Below are positions 44,420 through 54,477 of a DNA stretch of 64,000 nt, one piece after another (position 1 is the first letter of the stretch; the number at the start of each line of letters is the position of its first letter). The notes under the pieces were generated by a model. That model ran no database searches and was not told where the DNA came from. It saw only the letters and a list, made by a program, of their open reading frames with translations. Both the position numbers and the translations under genes were made by a program. This DNA comes from an uncultured Gammaproteobacteria bacterium (GTDB lineage: Bacteria; Pseudomonadota; Gammaproteobacteria; Steroidobacterales; Steroidobacteraceae): positions 425,569 through 489,568 of the forward strand of contig CAWAVF010000002.1 in NCBI GenBank assembly GCA_963785405.1. The letters run 5' to 3'.

Positions 44420-46090
44420 ATGACAGAAAGTTTTGCGGAACTGTTTGAACAAAGCATTGCGAGCCAGCGCATTCGTCCTGGCACCATCCTCAATGGATTG
44501 ATCGTCGAAGTCGGCCAGGACTATGTCATCGTAAATGTCGGATTAAAATCCGAAGCGGTCATTCCCTCCGATCAATTCAAAAACGAAAAAGGCGAGATCG
44601 AAGTTGTAGTCGGGGAGACCGTCGAAGTCGCCCTGGACAGCGTCGAGGATGGTTCCGGAGAGACACGGCTATCGCGCGAGAAGGCGAAGCGCGCCAGAAC
44701 CTGGACGCGCCTGGAAACCGCTTTCGAGAAGCAAGAGGTCGTCATCGGCATCATCACCGGTCGGGTCAAAGGCGGATTTACCGTCGAGATCGACAACGTC
44801 CGCGCATTCTTGCCGGGCTCCTTGGTGGATGTTCGCCCGGTGCGCGATCCATCGTACCTGGAGAACAAGCCGCTCGAATTCAAAGTCATCAAGCTCGACC
44901 AGAAGCGCAACAACGTAGTGGTATCGCGTCGCGCCGTCGTTGAGCAGGAATACAGCGCCGAGCGCTCCGCACTGCTCGACAATCTGGTGGAGGGCGCCGC
45001 CGTCAAGGGCGTCGTCAAGAACCTCACCGATTATGGTGCGTTCGTGGATCTTGGCGGCATTGATGGACTGCTGCACATCACCGACATGGCCTGGAAGCGT
45101 GTCAAGCATCCGTCCGAGGTGGTCAAAGTCGGCGAGGAGATCGATGTCCGGATTTTGAAGTTTGACCGCGAGCGGCAGCGTGTGTCTTTGGGCTTGAAGC
45201 AGCTGGGTGCCGACCCTTGGCAGAACATTGCGCGGCGCTATCCCGCGAATACCCGCCTGTTCGGCAAGGTTACCAACATCGCGGACTACGGCTGCTTCGT
45301 GGAAATTGAAGAGGGCGTAGAGGGCTTGGTGCACGTCTCGGAAATGGACTGGACCAACAAGAACGTCAATCCCGCCAAGGTGGTGCATGTCGGCCAGGAA
45401 GTCGAAGTCATGGTGCTGGACATCGACGAGGAGCGTCGCCGCATCAGCTTGGGCGTGAAGCAGTGCAAGGCCAATCCGTGGAAGGAATTCGCCGATAACT
45501 ACAATCGCGGCGACAAGGTCAGCGGCCAGATCAAATCGATCACGGATTTCGGCATATTCATAGGTCTGGCCGGCGGAATCGACGGACTGGTACATCTGTC
45601 GGACATCTCATGGGACATGCCCGGTGAAGAGGCGGTGCGCAGCTATCAAAAGGCGCAGCAAGTCGACGCCATGGTGTTGTCGATCGATCCGGAGCGCGAG
45701 CGCATCAGCCTGGGGATCAAGCAACTCGCCAAGGATCCCTTCTCGGCCTACATCGCCGAACATCCCAAGGGCAGCGTCGTGAAAGGCGTGGTGCGCGAAG
45801 TGGATGCCAAGGGCGCCATCATCGATCTCGGCAATGGAGTCGACGGCCAGCTGCGAGCCTCTGAGCTATCAAGGGATCGCGTGGAAGACGCGCGCTTGCT
45901 GCTCAAGGTTGGCGACGAAGTCGAAGCCAAATTCACCGGCGTGGATCGCAAGGGCCGCAGCATCTCGCTGTCGATCAAGGCAAAGGACATCCATGAGGAA
46001 CAAGAGGCAATGCAGAACTACCGGACTGATTCACCGACCGGAACCAGCTTGGGAGATCTTTTGAAAGAACAAATCTCCGGCCAGGATTGA
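44420..46090 (+). CDS. rpsA: 30S ribosomal protein S1
   Basis: 556 aa with six S1 repeats (e.g. [25 protein letters not shown]). Confidence 0.98.
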   Translation: MTESFAELFEQSIASQRIRPGTILNGLIVEVGQDYVIVNVGLKSEAVIPSDQFKNEKGEIEVVVGETVEVALDSVEDGSGETRLSREKAKRARTWTRLETAFEKQEVVIGIITGRVKGGFTVEIDNVRAFLPGSLVDVRPVRDPSYLENKPLEFKVIKLDQKRNNVVVSRRAVVEQEYSAERSALLDNLVEGAAVKGVVKNLTDYGAFVDLGGIDGLLHITDMAWKRVKHPSEVVKVGEEIDVRILKFDRERQRVSLGLKQLGADPWQNIARRYPANTRLFGKVTNIADYGCFVEIEEGVEGLVHVSEMDWTNKNVNPAKVVHVGQEVEVMVLDIDEERRRISLGVKQCKANPWKEFADNYNRGDKVSGQIKSITDFGIFIGLAGGIDGLVHLSDISWDMPGEEAVRSYQKAQQVDAMVLSIDPERERISLGIKQLAKDPFSAYIAEHPKGSVVKGVVREVDAKGAIIDLGNGVDGQLRASELSRDRVEDARLLLKVGDEVEAKFTGVDRKGRSISLSIKAKDIHEEQEAMQNYRTDSPTGTSLGDLLKEQISGQD

Positions 46091-46098
46091 AGGGAAAG

Positions 46099-46131
46099 GC
46101 AGGCGCAGCGTTTCGCTGCGCCTGCGCTTTT
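46099..46131 (+). terminator. Intrinsic terminator after rpsA
   Basis: 11-bp stem GCAGGCGCAGC-gtttc-GCTGCGCCTGC followed by GCTTTT. Confidence 0.75.
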
Positions 46132-46164
46132 AAAAGTATGACTAGTGATGCCCACGGATCGATA

Positions 46165-46467
46165 ATGACGAAATCGGAACTCATTGAGATCATTTCGGCC
46201 AAGCAGAAGCATTTGCCGGCGAAGGATGTTGAGCTGGCCGTGAAACAACTCCTGGAAATCATGAGCGATGCGTTGGCGACAGGCGAACGCATCGAAATAC
46301 GTGGTTTTGGCAGCTTCTCGCTGCATTTTCGGCCGCCAAGACAAGGCCGAAATCCGAAAACCGGCGAAGCCGTCGCTCTGGCCGGCAAGCATGTGCCGCA
46401 CTTCAAACCGGGCAAAGACCTGCGCGAGCGCGTCAACGACGGTGCGGATCAGCCGATCCGCGATTAG
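46165..46467 (+). CDS. ihfB: Integration host factor subunit beta
   Basis: ORF 46087..46467. ATG at 46165 gives a 100-aa protein: [11 protein letters not shown]...[22 protein letters not shown]. Confidence 0.95.
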   Translation: MTKSELIEIISAKQKHLPAKDVELAVKQLLEIMSDALATGERIEIRGFGSFSLHFRPPRQGRNPKTGEAVALAGKHVPHFKPGKDLRERVNDGADQPIRD

Positions 46468-46488
46468 CTCAGCTTCAGGACCGGGCGC

Positions 46489-47631
46489 GTGTCCGACCTC
46501 CCGCTGCTGACATGGGCTTTGGTGCTTGCGGCCCTGGTGCTCGGAATTCTGGCGGGGCACTTCGGCTGGGGTAGGCGTTGGCCGGGATCCTCGAACAATC
46601 TGCATCCTGATTATTTGACCGGGCTCGACTACCTCGTGACCGAGCAGCCCGATCGGGCGCTCGACATGTTCCTAAAACTAATGGACACCAATGCCGACAC
46701 GATTGAGACGCACTTCGCGCTGGGTGCGCTATATCGGCGCCGCGGCGAGGTAGAGCGCGCCATCCGCATTCACCAGAATTTGCTGGCGCGCGAAGAATTG
46801 GCATCAGAACATCGGGAGCAGGCGTTGCTTGCGCTGGCGCAGGACTACTTGCGCGCCGGAGTGCTCGACCGGGCTGAAGGACTGTTTCAGCAGGTGAGCG
46901 AAGTGGCGCGATTGCGCGTCAGCGCACTCGATGCGCTGCGCGGCGTCTACGAGCGGCAGCACGACTGGCAGCAGGCGCTAGGTACGTATCGGCAACTGGC
47001 GCGCATCAAGGCCGCGCCTGCGCGCACCGTCGCCGCTCACTATCTTTGTGAATTGGCGAGCCTCGCCATCGAGCGCGGCGACATTGGCAATGCGCGAGCG
47101 CTGTTGCGCGATGCTCGCGAGGAAGCCACGCCGTTTCCGCGCGCTGCGCTGCTGGGCGCGCAAATAGCCGAGCGCGAAGCGCAGCCGGATCTCGCCGTGC
47201 GGCAGTTGCGGCAGGCACTCACCGAATCGCCGACCCTGCTGCAAGAAGAATTGCCGCACTTACTCAAGCTGGTCGGCGACGAACAGCGCGACGCGATACT
47301 TGCCGAGCTGGTGCAGCAGGCCGGTTCGCGGGATCTGAGCGAGCTAAAACGCCTGGTGTTTGCGGCGATAGCCGCCGGCTTAGGTTCAGCACCGCCGCTG
47401 CGGGCTTCCATAGAAAAAGTGTTTTCACAGGACGCCGTCTTGCAAGCCGTGTGGCAGGACGCGCCGGCGCCGCCAGAACGCCTCGCGCTGGAAATTGGCG
47501 CGCTGTTGGCGCAGGCGGAAAAGTATCGGTGCAATGAATGCGGATTTTCCGGCCGCAGCTTCTATTGGCATTGCCCGGCTTGTCATTCCTGGGATAGCTT
47601 CGAGGCATACGCAATCGTCAAATTGCGCTAG
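46489..47631 (+). CDS. lapB: Lipopolysaccharide assembly protein LapB (YciM)
   Basis: 380 aa. N-terminal TM helix, TPR repeats ([23 protein letters not shown]), C-terminal rubredoxin-like CNECGF...WHCPAC. Confidence 0.92.
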   Translation: MSDLPLLTWALVLAALVLGILAGHFGWGRRWPGSSNNLHPDYLTGLDYLVTEQPDRALDMFLKLMDTNADTIETHFALGALYRRRGEVERAIRIHQNLLAREELASEHREQALLALAQDYLRAGVLDRAEGLFQQVSEVARLRVSALDALRGVYERQHDWQQALGTYRQLARIKAAPARTVAAHYLCELASLAIERGDIGNARALLRDAREEATPFPRAALLGAQIAEREAQPDLAVRQLRQALTESPTLLQEELPHLLKLVGDEQRDAILAELVQQAGSRDLSELKRLVFAAIAAGLGSAPPLRASIEKVFSQDAVLQAVWQDAPAPPERLALEIGALLAQAEKYRCNECGFSGRSFYWHCPACHSWDSFEAYAIVKLR

Positions 47632-47686
47632 ACCTGTAGGACCGGGACCGACGACGTTTCGGCACGTAATCCGTTATGATTTGCCC

Positions 47687-48571
47687 ATGGCACATCCAGT
47701 TAAAGTAGTCGTGTTTCCGGTCGCGGGGCGCGGCACCAGATTCCTTCCCGTCACCAAGGCAAGCCCCAAGGAAATGCTGCCGATCGTGGATAAGCCGCTC
47801 ATCCAATATGCGGTGGATGAAGCGCTGTCCGCCGGTGCCGATACCCTGGTGTTCATTACCGGCAGTTCAAAGCGCGCGATCGAGGATCATTTCGACTCCA
47901 ACCCGGAACTCGAGGCGGTGCTGCAGGCGCAGGGCAAAGCAGAGCTGCTTGATACCCTGCGGGGCATCCTGCCGAGCTGGGCCTCCTGCGTATATATCCG
48001 CCAACCCGCGCCGCTGGGGCTGGGGCATGCTGTGCTATGCGCGCGGCCGGTGGTCGGCGATGCGCCATTCATGGTGCATCTCGCGGACGATTTGATCGAC
48101 GCAAAAGTGGCCTGTCTTAAGCAGATGGTCGAGGTATTCAACGAGCATCAGTGCAGCGTGCTCGGCGTGCAGAACGTCCCCAAGCAGGACACCGACAAGT
48201 ATGGAATCGTGACTTTGGAGCGCAGCATCGCGCCGCGCGTAGGCAAAATGTCGCACATTGTCGAGAAGCCAAAGCCGGCGCAGGCTGCCTCGACATTGGC
48301 GGTGGTAGGGCGTTATTTACTCACCGGTTCGGTGTTCGACGATCTCGCTAAAATCGGCAAAGGCGCGGGCGGCGAAATTCAGCTCACGGACGGCATTGCC
48401 CGCCTCATGCAGCGGGAAGCCGTGTTTGCGTTTGAATTCGAGGGTAAGCGCTACGATTGCGGCAACAAGCTTGGATACCTACAGGCGACGGTGGAGTACG
48501 CACTGAAGCACCCAAGCTTGGGCGCCGATTTTGCGAAGTATCTGCGCGATTTGGCTCCGAAGCTGTCCTAG
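47687..48571 (+). CDS. galU: UTP--glucose-1-phosphate uridylyltransferase
   Basis: ORF 47495..48571. ATG at 47687. [22 protein letters not shown] and VEKP motif. Confidence 0.93.
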   Translation: MAHPVKVVVFPVAGRGTRFLPVTKASPKEMLPIVDKPLIQYAVDEALSAGADTLVFITGSSKRAIEDHFDSNPELEAVLQAQGKAELLDTLRGILPSWASCVYIRQPAPLGLGHAVLCARPVVGDAPFMVHLADDLIDAKVACLKQMVEVFNEHQCSVLGVQNVPKQDTDKYGIVTLERSIAPRVGKMSHIVEKPKPAQAASTLAVVGRYLLTGSVFDDLAKIGKGAGGEIQLTDGIARLMQREAVFAFEFEGKRYDCGNKLGYLQATVEYALKHPSLGADFAKYLRDLAPKLS

Positions 48572-49887
48572 CGGAACCGGCTGCGCTGCGACGGCGCGAA
48601 GCTTCGCGTTCCCGCATTCGGCGCTCGGCGCGAATCGCGGCGCTCCGACCCTCCGTCTCTGCGGGCGCCGCCGCCATGATGACTCTGCCCGCTATGCCGG
48701 CTCTGACCCTGACCCGGTCGGCTGTTGTGCGAAGCAACGGGTACCGCGGACTCGACAATTTTGAACGCCGGGGTCGGGAGCGTCGGGATACTGCGGCGTA
48801 GAACCCGCTCGATGTCGCGCAACAAGCCGGACTCATCGGAAGACACCAGAGATACCGCTTCGCCCGCGGAGCCGGCTCGGCCGGTGCGGCCGATGCGATG
48901 TACATAGTCTTCCGGCACGTTGGGCAACTCATAGTTGACCACTTGCGGAAGCTCCTTGATGTCAAGACCACGCGCCGCGACCTCGGTGGCCACCAGGCAA
49001 GTGACCTGACCGCGCTTGAACATGTCGAGCGCCTTCACGCGGGCCGCCTGACTCTTGTTTCCGTGGATGGCGGCGGCTTCGATGCCGGCGCCCTGCAACT
49101 GCTGCGTCAGACGATTGGCGCCGTGCTTGGTGCGCGTGAAGATCAGCACTTGGCGCCATTGACCTTCTTGAATCAGATGCACGAGCAAGTGTCGCTTCTG
49201 TTCCTTCTGCACGCGATACGCGCGCTGTTCAACCAGCTCGATGGGCGCATTGCGCGCCGCAACCTGGACCGACAGCGGATTGTGCAACAGCCGCTCCGCC
49301 AGACTGCGAATATCGTCGGAGTAGGTCGCGGAAAACAGCAGGTTTTGGCGTTTCTGCGGCAGCAATTTGATGATGCGGCGAATGTCTGGAATGAAGCCCA
49401 TGTCGAGCATGCGGTCGGCTTCGTCGAGCACCAGTACCTGCACCTTGGAAAGGTCCGCGGCGCGCTGCTGCGCAAGATCCAGCAGCCGCCCGGGCGTGGC
49501 GACCAGGATGTCGCAGCCGCCGCGCAGTGCGGTTATCTGCGGATTGATGCTGACTCCGCCGAACACCTGGTAGGTGCGAAGCGGCAGGTGCTTGCCATAG
49601 TCGCGCGCGCTTTGCGCAACCTGTGCGGCGAGTTCGCGGGTCGGCGTCAGCACCAGCGCACGCGGCGCCCGGCTGGTGCCGTGCGCAACATCCGCAGTCA
49701 GGCGCTGCAGAATGGGCAGCACGAAGCCGGCGGTTTTGCCGGTGCCGGTTTGCGCGCCGGCCAAAACGTCGCGGCCGGCAAGCACCGCAGGAATCGCTTG
49801 AATTTGAATGGGGGAGGGTGTGTCGTAGCCCTTATCGGCAACGGCACGCAATAATTCGGGCAATAGCCCGAGATCGGAAAATGACAT
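48568..49887 (-). CDS. rhlE: ATP-dependent DEAD-box RNA helicase (RhlE-like)
   Basis: 439 aa. Q motif, [25 protein letters not shown], Arg/Ser/Gly-rich C-terminal tail. Confidence 0.92.
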   Translation of the reverse strand: MSFSDLGLLPELLRAVADKGYDTPSPIQIQAIPAVLAGRDVLAGAQTGTGKTAGFVLPILQRLTADVAHGTSRAPRALVLTPTRELAAQVAQSARDYGKHLPLRTYQVFGGVSINPQITALRGGCDILVATPGRLLDLAQQRAADLSKVQVLVLDEADRMLDMGFIPDIRRIIKLLPQKRQNLLFSATYSDDIRSLAERLLHNPLSVQVAARNAPIELVEQRAYRVQKEQKRHLLVHLIQEGQWRQVLIFTRTKHGANRLTQQLQGAGIEAAAIHGNKSQAARVKALDMFKRGQVTCLVATEVAARGLDIKELPQVVNYELPNVPEDYVHRIGRTGRAGSAGEAVSLVSSDESGLLRDIERVLRRSIPTLPTPAFKIVESAVPVASHNSRPGQGQSRHSGQSHHGGGARRDGGSERRDSRRAPNAGTRSFAPSQRSRFR

Positions 49888-50037
49888 TATTAAACCTTTT
49901 GAAAATTTGGACTCGCACGACGGAAATATTTTCCGCAGCGGTCTAGCGAGGAGGGTAAAAAAAGCGAAGTGCGCCTGAGACGGACCAAGAGCTCAAGGTG
50001 GCGCTGACCGAGCACCAACCTCATTTAAGCTGCGCGT

Positions 50038-50066
50038 ACTATACACGGTATGCTGCGCCGCGTCCA
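50038..50066 (-). promoter_or_regulatory. Candidate rhlE promoter (implies a ~140-nt 5' UTR)
   Basis: Minus strand: TGGACG, 17 nt spacer, TATAGT. Confidence 0.4.
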
Positions 50067-50089
50067 TTTTGCGCGCTGCGCCGCGGCGT

Positions 50090-51370
50090 TCAGGGAAGAT
50101 CTTGCAGCGCTCCAAAGACCCCTGTGGTGGTCTGCAGCAGCACACCCGGATTATTCGTCACCACGCCGCCCTGGATGGTGCGGCTCACGCCGGTGCTCGT
50201 CACGATATCAGGCTTGCCATCGCCGTTGATGTCCGCCACGGCGACCTCGTTTGCGCCGGACGCAGCATAAATGTTTGCCTGCTGAAACTGGCCTGGAGTC
50301 GAGGCGTGCAGCAGCACGGTGACATTTTTTTGTCCGCCGATGACGATGTCGAGCGTGCCGGGCCCAACCGCGCCGGTCAGATTGGTGACGATGATCGACT
50401 GGGGCAGATCCTGCGCGGCAATGGCGTAAGCGACGGCAGGCAGGAAAGTTCCGGGATGTGTGGAGTCCTGCAGCAGTATGTTCACCGTCGGTGACATTCC
50501 GCCCGTCGGGCCTGGGTCCGTGATCACCAGATCGTTGTAGCCATCGCCATTGACGTCGGCGATGGCGACGATGTTTGCTCCGAAAACATTCTGATTCACG
50601 GTCTGAGTAAAGACGCTGACCGGGGCGGCGAACGCCGGCACTGCCGCGGCGCCGACTTGAAACAGTACCTTCACGCCGACAGCGTCGGTTACCGCTACGT
50701 CCATCGCGCCATCGTGGTTAAGATCCCCGAGCGCGACCCAATTCGCGCCGCCGCTGTAGAGGTTGATCGGCGCGGCGAAAGTCCCGGGGGAGGATTGCAA
50801 AAACAACGAGACGTTGAAATCGGCGGACACCAGGTCGGGCAAGCCGTCGCCGTTCATGTCAGCGATCGCAACCTGCGATGCACCCGGACTGTTCAGGAAG
50901 ACCGCGGGGTTAAAGGTTCCGGGAGTCGCCTTGTTGTTGAAGAAGATGGCCAGCGCACCGTCGAAGTAGCTCGCGGAAACCACATCCGTGAAACCGTCGC
51001 CATTCAAGTCCGCACTCGCCAGGTACAAGGGATTGTTGCCGGCGGGTGTCAGGGTCGGCGCCGCGAACATGCCGGCGCCCGTCGATAGGTACGTCTTTAA
51101 ATTCGACGGTGCGTTGCTTGCGGGTGGCTGAACCGTGCTGAGCGCGACGACATCCGCGGGACCGGCTCCATTGGCAGCGGAGAAGTTAGCGCCGACGACG
51201 CCGAACGAATACTCGGTGGGCACGCCGCTGCAGGTGTATCCGAAGCAGGCGGAGCTGTAGTTGTTGTTGCAGCCGGCAATCAGGGCCGACATCGCGACTG
51301 CAATTACAACGCGACTCGACCGCGTGGATGCTAATCGCAGCGGAATCCCGCGAAGAACGGTGTACAACAT
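50090..51370 (-). CDS. FG-GAP/VCBS-repeat (integrin-alpha-like beta-propeller) lipoprotein
   Basis: ORF 50090..51487. ATG at 51370. Lipobox LIAGC. Repeated DxNxDGxxD loops: DLNGDGFTD, DMNGDGLPD, DLNHDGAMD, DVNGDGYND, DINGDGKPD. Confidence 0.8.
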   Translation of the reverse strand: MLYTVLRGIPLRLASTRSSRVVIAVAMSALIAGCNNNYSSACFGYTCSGVPTEYSFGVVGANFSAANGAGPADVVALSTVQPPASNAPSNLKTYLSTGAGMFAAPTLTPAGNNPLYLASADLNGDGFTDVVSASYFDGALAIFFNNKATPGTFNPAVFLNSPGASQVAIADMNGDGLPDLVSADFNVSLFLQSSPGTFAAPINLYSGGANWVALGDLNHDGAMDVAVTDAVGVKVLFQVGAAAVPAFAAPVSVFTQTVNQNVFGANIVAIADVNGDGYNDLVITDPGPTGGMSPTVNILLQDSTHPGTFLPAVAYAIAAQDLPQSIIVTNLTGAVGPGTLDIVIGGQKNVTVLLHASTPGQFQQANIYAASGANEVAVADINGDGKPDIVTSTGVSRTIQGGVVTNNPGVLLQTTTGVFGALQDLP

Positions 51371-51535
51371 GTTGTATATTTTACTCCTTTTGAAGGCGTT
51401 GCAAAGCTCGTGCAATGAGACGCGTTTTGCATCGCGAGGCGGCCAAACGCGATCAACGCGGCGTACCAGGGTTCGTTGACCGCGCACTCGTCGCTTAGTA
51501 GCGACAAGTGAATCACCCGTCCGTGATTCGGTGCG

Positions 51536-52009
51536 CTAGCCGGTCCGCTTCGGATACGGCGCGCCGTTCTTATGCGAAAACGCTGAATCGCCGCGCCTCG
51601 TGAAGCGCATATTGATGTCCGAATACTCGCCCTCATCATCGGGCTTGCGCGATCCGATCTCGAGAATGACGGCATCGCGCTGCGATCGGTTCTGCAGGTG
51701 GTGCCCGTCCTTGACGCCCGCTTTGAATCCGGCGCTATCGCCGGCACGCAGTGTCTCTTCACCCGAATCCGTCACCAGCACCACTTCTCCCTCCACGATG
51801 AACACAAACTCATCTTCCGCGCTGTGCCAATGCCGCTGGCTCGACCAACCCCCGGGTTGTAGACGCATCAAGTTCACCCCGAAGTCGGTTAAACCCGCGG
51901 CTTCACCTAACCGCTGCCGTGCACGAGTCGCGCATGGCAGATCAAAAGGCGCCGGATATGCGCATCCACGGTGTACCGGCACCGCTTCCAAATCGATTCG
52001 CTTCGGCAT
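51536..52009 (-). CDS. Cupin domain protein
   Basis: ORF 51536..52096. ATG at 52009 preceded by AGGAACCAGGAAC. Cupin motifs QRHWHSAEDEFVFIVEGE and GHHLQN. Confidence 0.8.
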   Translation of the reverse strand: MPKRIDLEAVPVHRGCAYPAPFDLPCATRARQRLGEAAGLTDFGVNLMRLQPGGWSSQRHWHSAEDEFVFIVEGEVVLVTDSGEETLRAGDSAGFKAGVKDGHHLQNRSQRDAVILEIGSRKPDDEGEYSDINMRFTRRGDSAFSHKNGAPYPKRTG

Positions 52010-52131
52010 GTTCCTGGTTCCTGATTCTGGCGTGACTGGGGTTAGACTGATCCTATACCGAGAATCCGCTGATTTGCCATGCCCGATCGCGCCCAACGAG
52101 CCGACCTGACTGATTGCGCGAACGCGGGCCG

Positions 52132-52764
52132 CTAGATGCTGCGCTCTGGGTCCTGCGGCGCGGGCCAGGGGCGCTCGGACCTGCCGCTGAAGATTGCGTC
52201 TGCCTCGGCGCGTTTTAGCGTCCAGTCGTGCCGATCGATCTCGGCCTCGAGCTGCCCCGGCGCCCAGCCGGCATGGCCGACGAAGATCCGCAGACCGTCC
52301 ATGGGCTTGCCGCGGCCAAGCAGCTTGAGCAGCAACTGCTGGTCGGCGCTCAAGTACACGTTGTCAAGAATCTGGATCGCATGCTCAGGCGGCGCGGCGG
52401 CACGAAATACAAACCATACCGACCCGAAGTCAACCGGTCCGCCGAAGTACACCTTATCGCGCACCTGCCCGAGGCGCTTGAGATCGGGAAAGAGACCCGG
52501 CACGGATATCGGCATCGGCCTGTTGATGATGATGCCGACCGGGGCGGGACCGAGATTGTTCATTACGAGCACAATCGAGTCCGCGAACATGGAATCGGGC
52601 AAGGCGTTTCGCGCAATGATCAGGATCGCGGTGAGAGGCTTATCACCCGGGTTGGATGCTGGCCGCGACGTCCCTGACAGGAGAAGAAGAGCGCAGAATG
52701 CCCCTGCCACGCAGCGCTGAAGGCAGAAACCGGTTCCCGCTGGCGCCATTCGCCTTCGTGTCAT
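52132..52764 (-). CDS. YqgE/AlgH-family (DUF179) protein with a predicted N-terminal export signal
   Basis: ORF 52132..52776 (TTG), with ATGs at 52764 and 52749. Body GIIINRP, VYFGGPV and GHAGWAPGQLEAEI is typical YqgE/AlgH. The N-terminus is RRR plus a hydrophobic core. Confidence 0.75.
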   Translation of the reverse strand: MTRRRMAPAGTGFCLQRCVAGAFCALLLLSGTSRPASNPGDKPLTAILIIARNALPDSMFADSIVLVMNNLGPAPVGIIINRPMPISVPGLFPDLKRLGQVRDKVYFGGPVDFGSVWFVFRAAAPPEHAIQILDNVYLSADQQLLLKLLGRGKPMDGLRIFVGHAGWAPGQLEAEIDRHDWTLKRAEADAIFSGRSERPWPAPQDPERSI

Positions 52765-52850
52765 CGCACGTACCAACCGCTCTTGAGTGAACTTTACTCC
52801 GCCCAGGGTACCGGTGTCTTGCCAGGCTTAAGGTTAGAGGCACCGTTCTT

Positions 52851-52859
52851 TGCTAAAAT
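52851..52859 (+). promoter_or_regulatory. Extended -10 promoter element immediately upstream of the 2OG oxygenase ATG
   Basis: TGcTAAAAT, with 8 nt to the ATG at 52868 and no Shine-Dalgarno. Confidence 0.4.
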
Positions 52860-52867
52860 CTGCCTAG

Positions 52868-53713
52868 ATGATCAAGTATAGCTGCGACCAGTCAACGCTC
52901 GCATCCGAGGGGCAAAAACTCAGCGACGCCTACGCGCAGAACAAGCCGTGGCCTCACATCGTTCTCGATGACTTCGTCGATCCGGAAATATTGGAACAGG
53001 TACGCCAAGAAGCGGCTGCCGTGCGGCGCTCGGAATATTACGAAAAATTCGTCGATCGCAAGACTGATCACAATAAGTATGCCTTTAAGCCGGATGCGGT
53101 AGGTCCGGAGACTGCGCGACTCATCAACTTCCTCAACTCCGGGGCATTTGTCAGCTATCTCGAGAAACTTACGGGTATCAGCGGATTGCTCACGGACCCA
53201 TCTTATTTTGGCGGCGGTTTGCACAAGATTCAGCCGGGTGGCTATCTTGAGGTTCACACTGATTTCAATCATCTGAGGCGCTACAACCTCGAGCGGCGCC
53301 TGAATTTGCTTTTGTACCTCAACAAGGATTGGCAGCCCACCTACAACGGCGATCTGGAATTGTGGGTACGCTCATCCATGTCGCGGGTCACTGCGGTCCC
53401 GCCAATTTTCAATCGCTGCGTCGTGTTCTCCACGACCGATGAATCCCTGCACGGCCACCCATTGCCGCTCGCGGCACCGCAGGGCATTGAGCGCATGTCG
53501 ATCGCTCTTTATTACTACACGAACACCTGGAATGCGACGGAAGAGGTGCACTCAACTCTTTTTCACATCTCTCAGGATAATAAAGTCCGAATCAGACCGT
53601 CACGCATTTATCGTTCGATGGTGCGGACCTTGCTGCCGCCGATTTTCAGGAACTCGTATCGCGCGGTCAAGCAGCTCGTCAGAGGCGAAAAAGTTTCCAG
53701 CATTTGGGAATGA
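52868..53713 (+). CDS. 2OG-Fe(II) oxygenase superfamily protein (prolyl-hydroxylase-like)
   Basis: 281 aa. HxD facial-triad part in LEVHTDFN, distal His in ESLHGHP, RxS-like RMSIALYY. Lower G+C than flanking genes by hand count. Confidence 0.8.
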   Translation: MIKYSCDQSTLASEGQKLSDAYAQNKPWPHIVLDDFVDPEILEQVRQEAAAVRRSEYYEKFVDRKTDHNKYAFKPDAVGPETARLINFLNSGAFVSYLEKLTGISGLLTDPSYFGGGLHKIQPGGYLEVHTDFNHLRRYNLERRLNLLLYLNKDWQPTYNGDLELWVRSSMSRVTAVPPIFNRCVVFSTTDESLHGHPLPLAAPQGIERMSIALYYYTNTWNATEEVHSTLFHISQDNKVRIRPSRIYRSMVRTLLPPIFRNSYRAVKQLVRGEKVSSIWE

Positions 53714-53718
53714 GGGTT

Positions 53719-54477
53719 TCAATGCGGCGCGGGGTTCGCGCTCAGATCTTGCAAAAACCGCAGCACGGCCGCGGCGCACTCCTGAGGACGCGTCTGCAGC
53801 AACAAGTGCGGGGCAGCGATTTCAAGGAATTGAGCTTGTGGAAGAATCTTCTGTATCCGGCGCGTCGCGGCTTTCGGTATCACGCGGTCACCTGTGGCCC
53901 GCAGCACCAGCGCTGGAATCCTGACGCGCTCAAGGGCGCTGGTCTCGTCAACCGCGAGCACGGCCGCGATGCGCTGCCGGATCACTGCGGCAGAGACACC
54001 CGACATGGCACGTTGCATCTGCGATGGCGCGCGGTGCGGCGAGAGCGACCCCCACATCAATGGCGCGCGCACCCATCGGGGCAGTGACTTTACCGGTAGA
54101 TAGGCGGCAAGCGGCCGCGTCCAACCCAACCAGGGGAAGGGGTTCTTCGCGAAGGAAGCGCTGAGAATGAGACCGACGAGCCCTGCCGGGGCTCGCGCGG
54201 CGATACGAATCGCGAGCGGACCGGAGAAGGATTCGCCCAACAAGACATAGCGCTGATCTCGCGGCTTTTTGTCCAATACAGTCATCACCAACACGTCGAG
54301 TTCCTCATAGCCCATGGGTTTGGCCGGCGGATATGCCACGACAATGGCGCTGACGCCGGGGTCCAGGGATTTGACGAACTCAGCAAACAATTTGCCGGTC
54401 CCATCCAGGCCCGGAAGCAGCACGAGGGCGGGTAGGCGCGTCGCGGCGGCGACCTGCGCGGCGCGCTCTTTCATCAA
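53719..54477 (-). CDS. Alpha/beta hydrolase
   Basis: 252 aa. LVLLPGLDGTG, nucleophile elbow GESFSG. ATGA overlap with the upstream unknown gene. Confidence 0.8.
   Translation of the reverse strand: MMKERAAQVAAATRLPALVLLPGLDGTGKLFAEFVKSLDPGVSAIVVAYPPAKPMGYEELDVLVMTVLDKKPRDQRYVLLGESFSGPLAIRIAARAPAGLVGLILSASFAKNPFPWLGWTRPLAAYLPVKSLPRWVRAPLMWGSLSPHRAPSQMQRAMSGVSAAVIRQRIAAVLAVDETSALERVRIPALVLRATGDRVIPKAATRRIQKILPQAQFLEIAAPHLLLQTRPQECAAAVLRFLQDLSANPAPH

Noticed and set aside
47675-47689. galU might be leaderless: TATGAT lies 6 nt before the ATG and there is no Shine-Dalgarno.
   Set aside because: There is no acceptable -35 or extended -10, and lapB ends only 55 nt upstream, so co-transcription is equally likely. 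Too weak to report.
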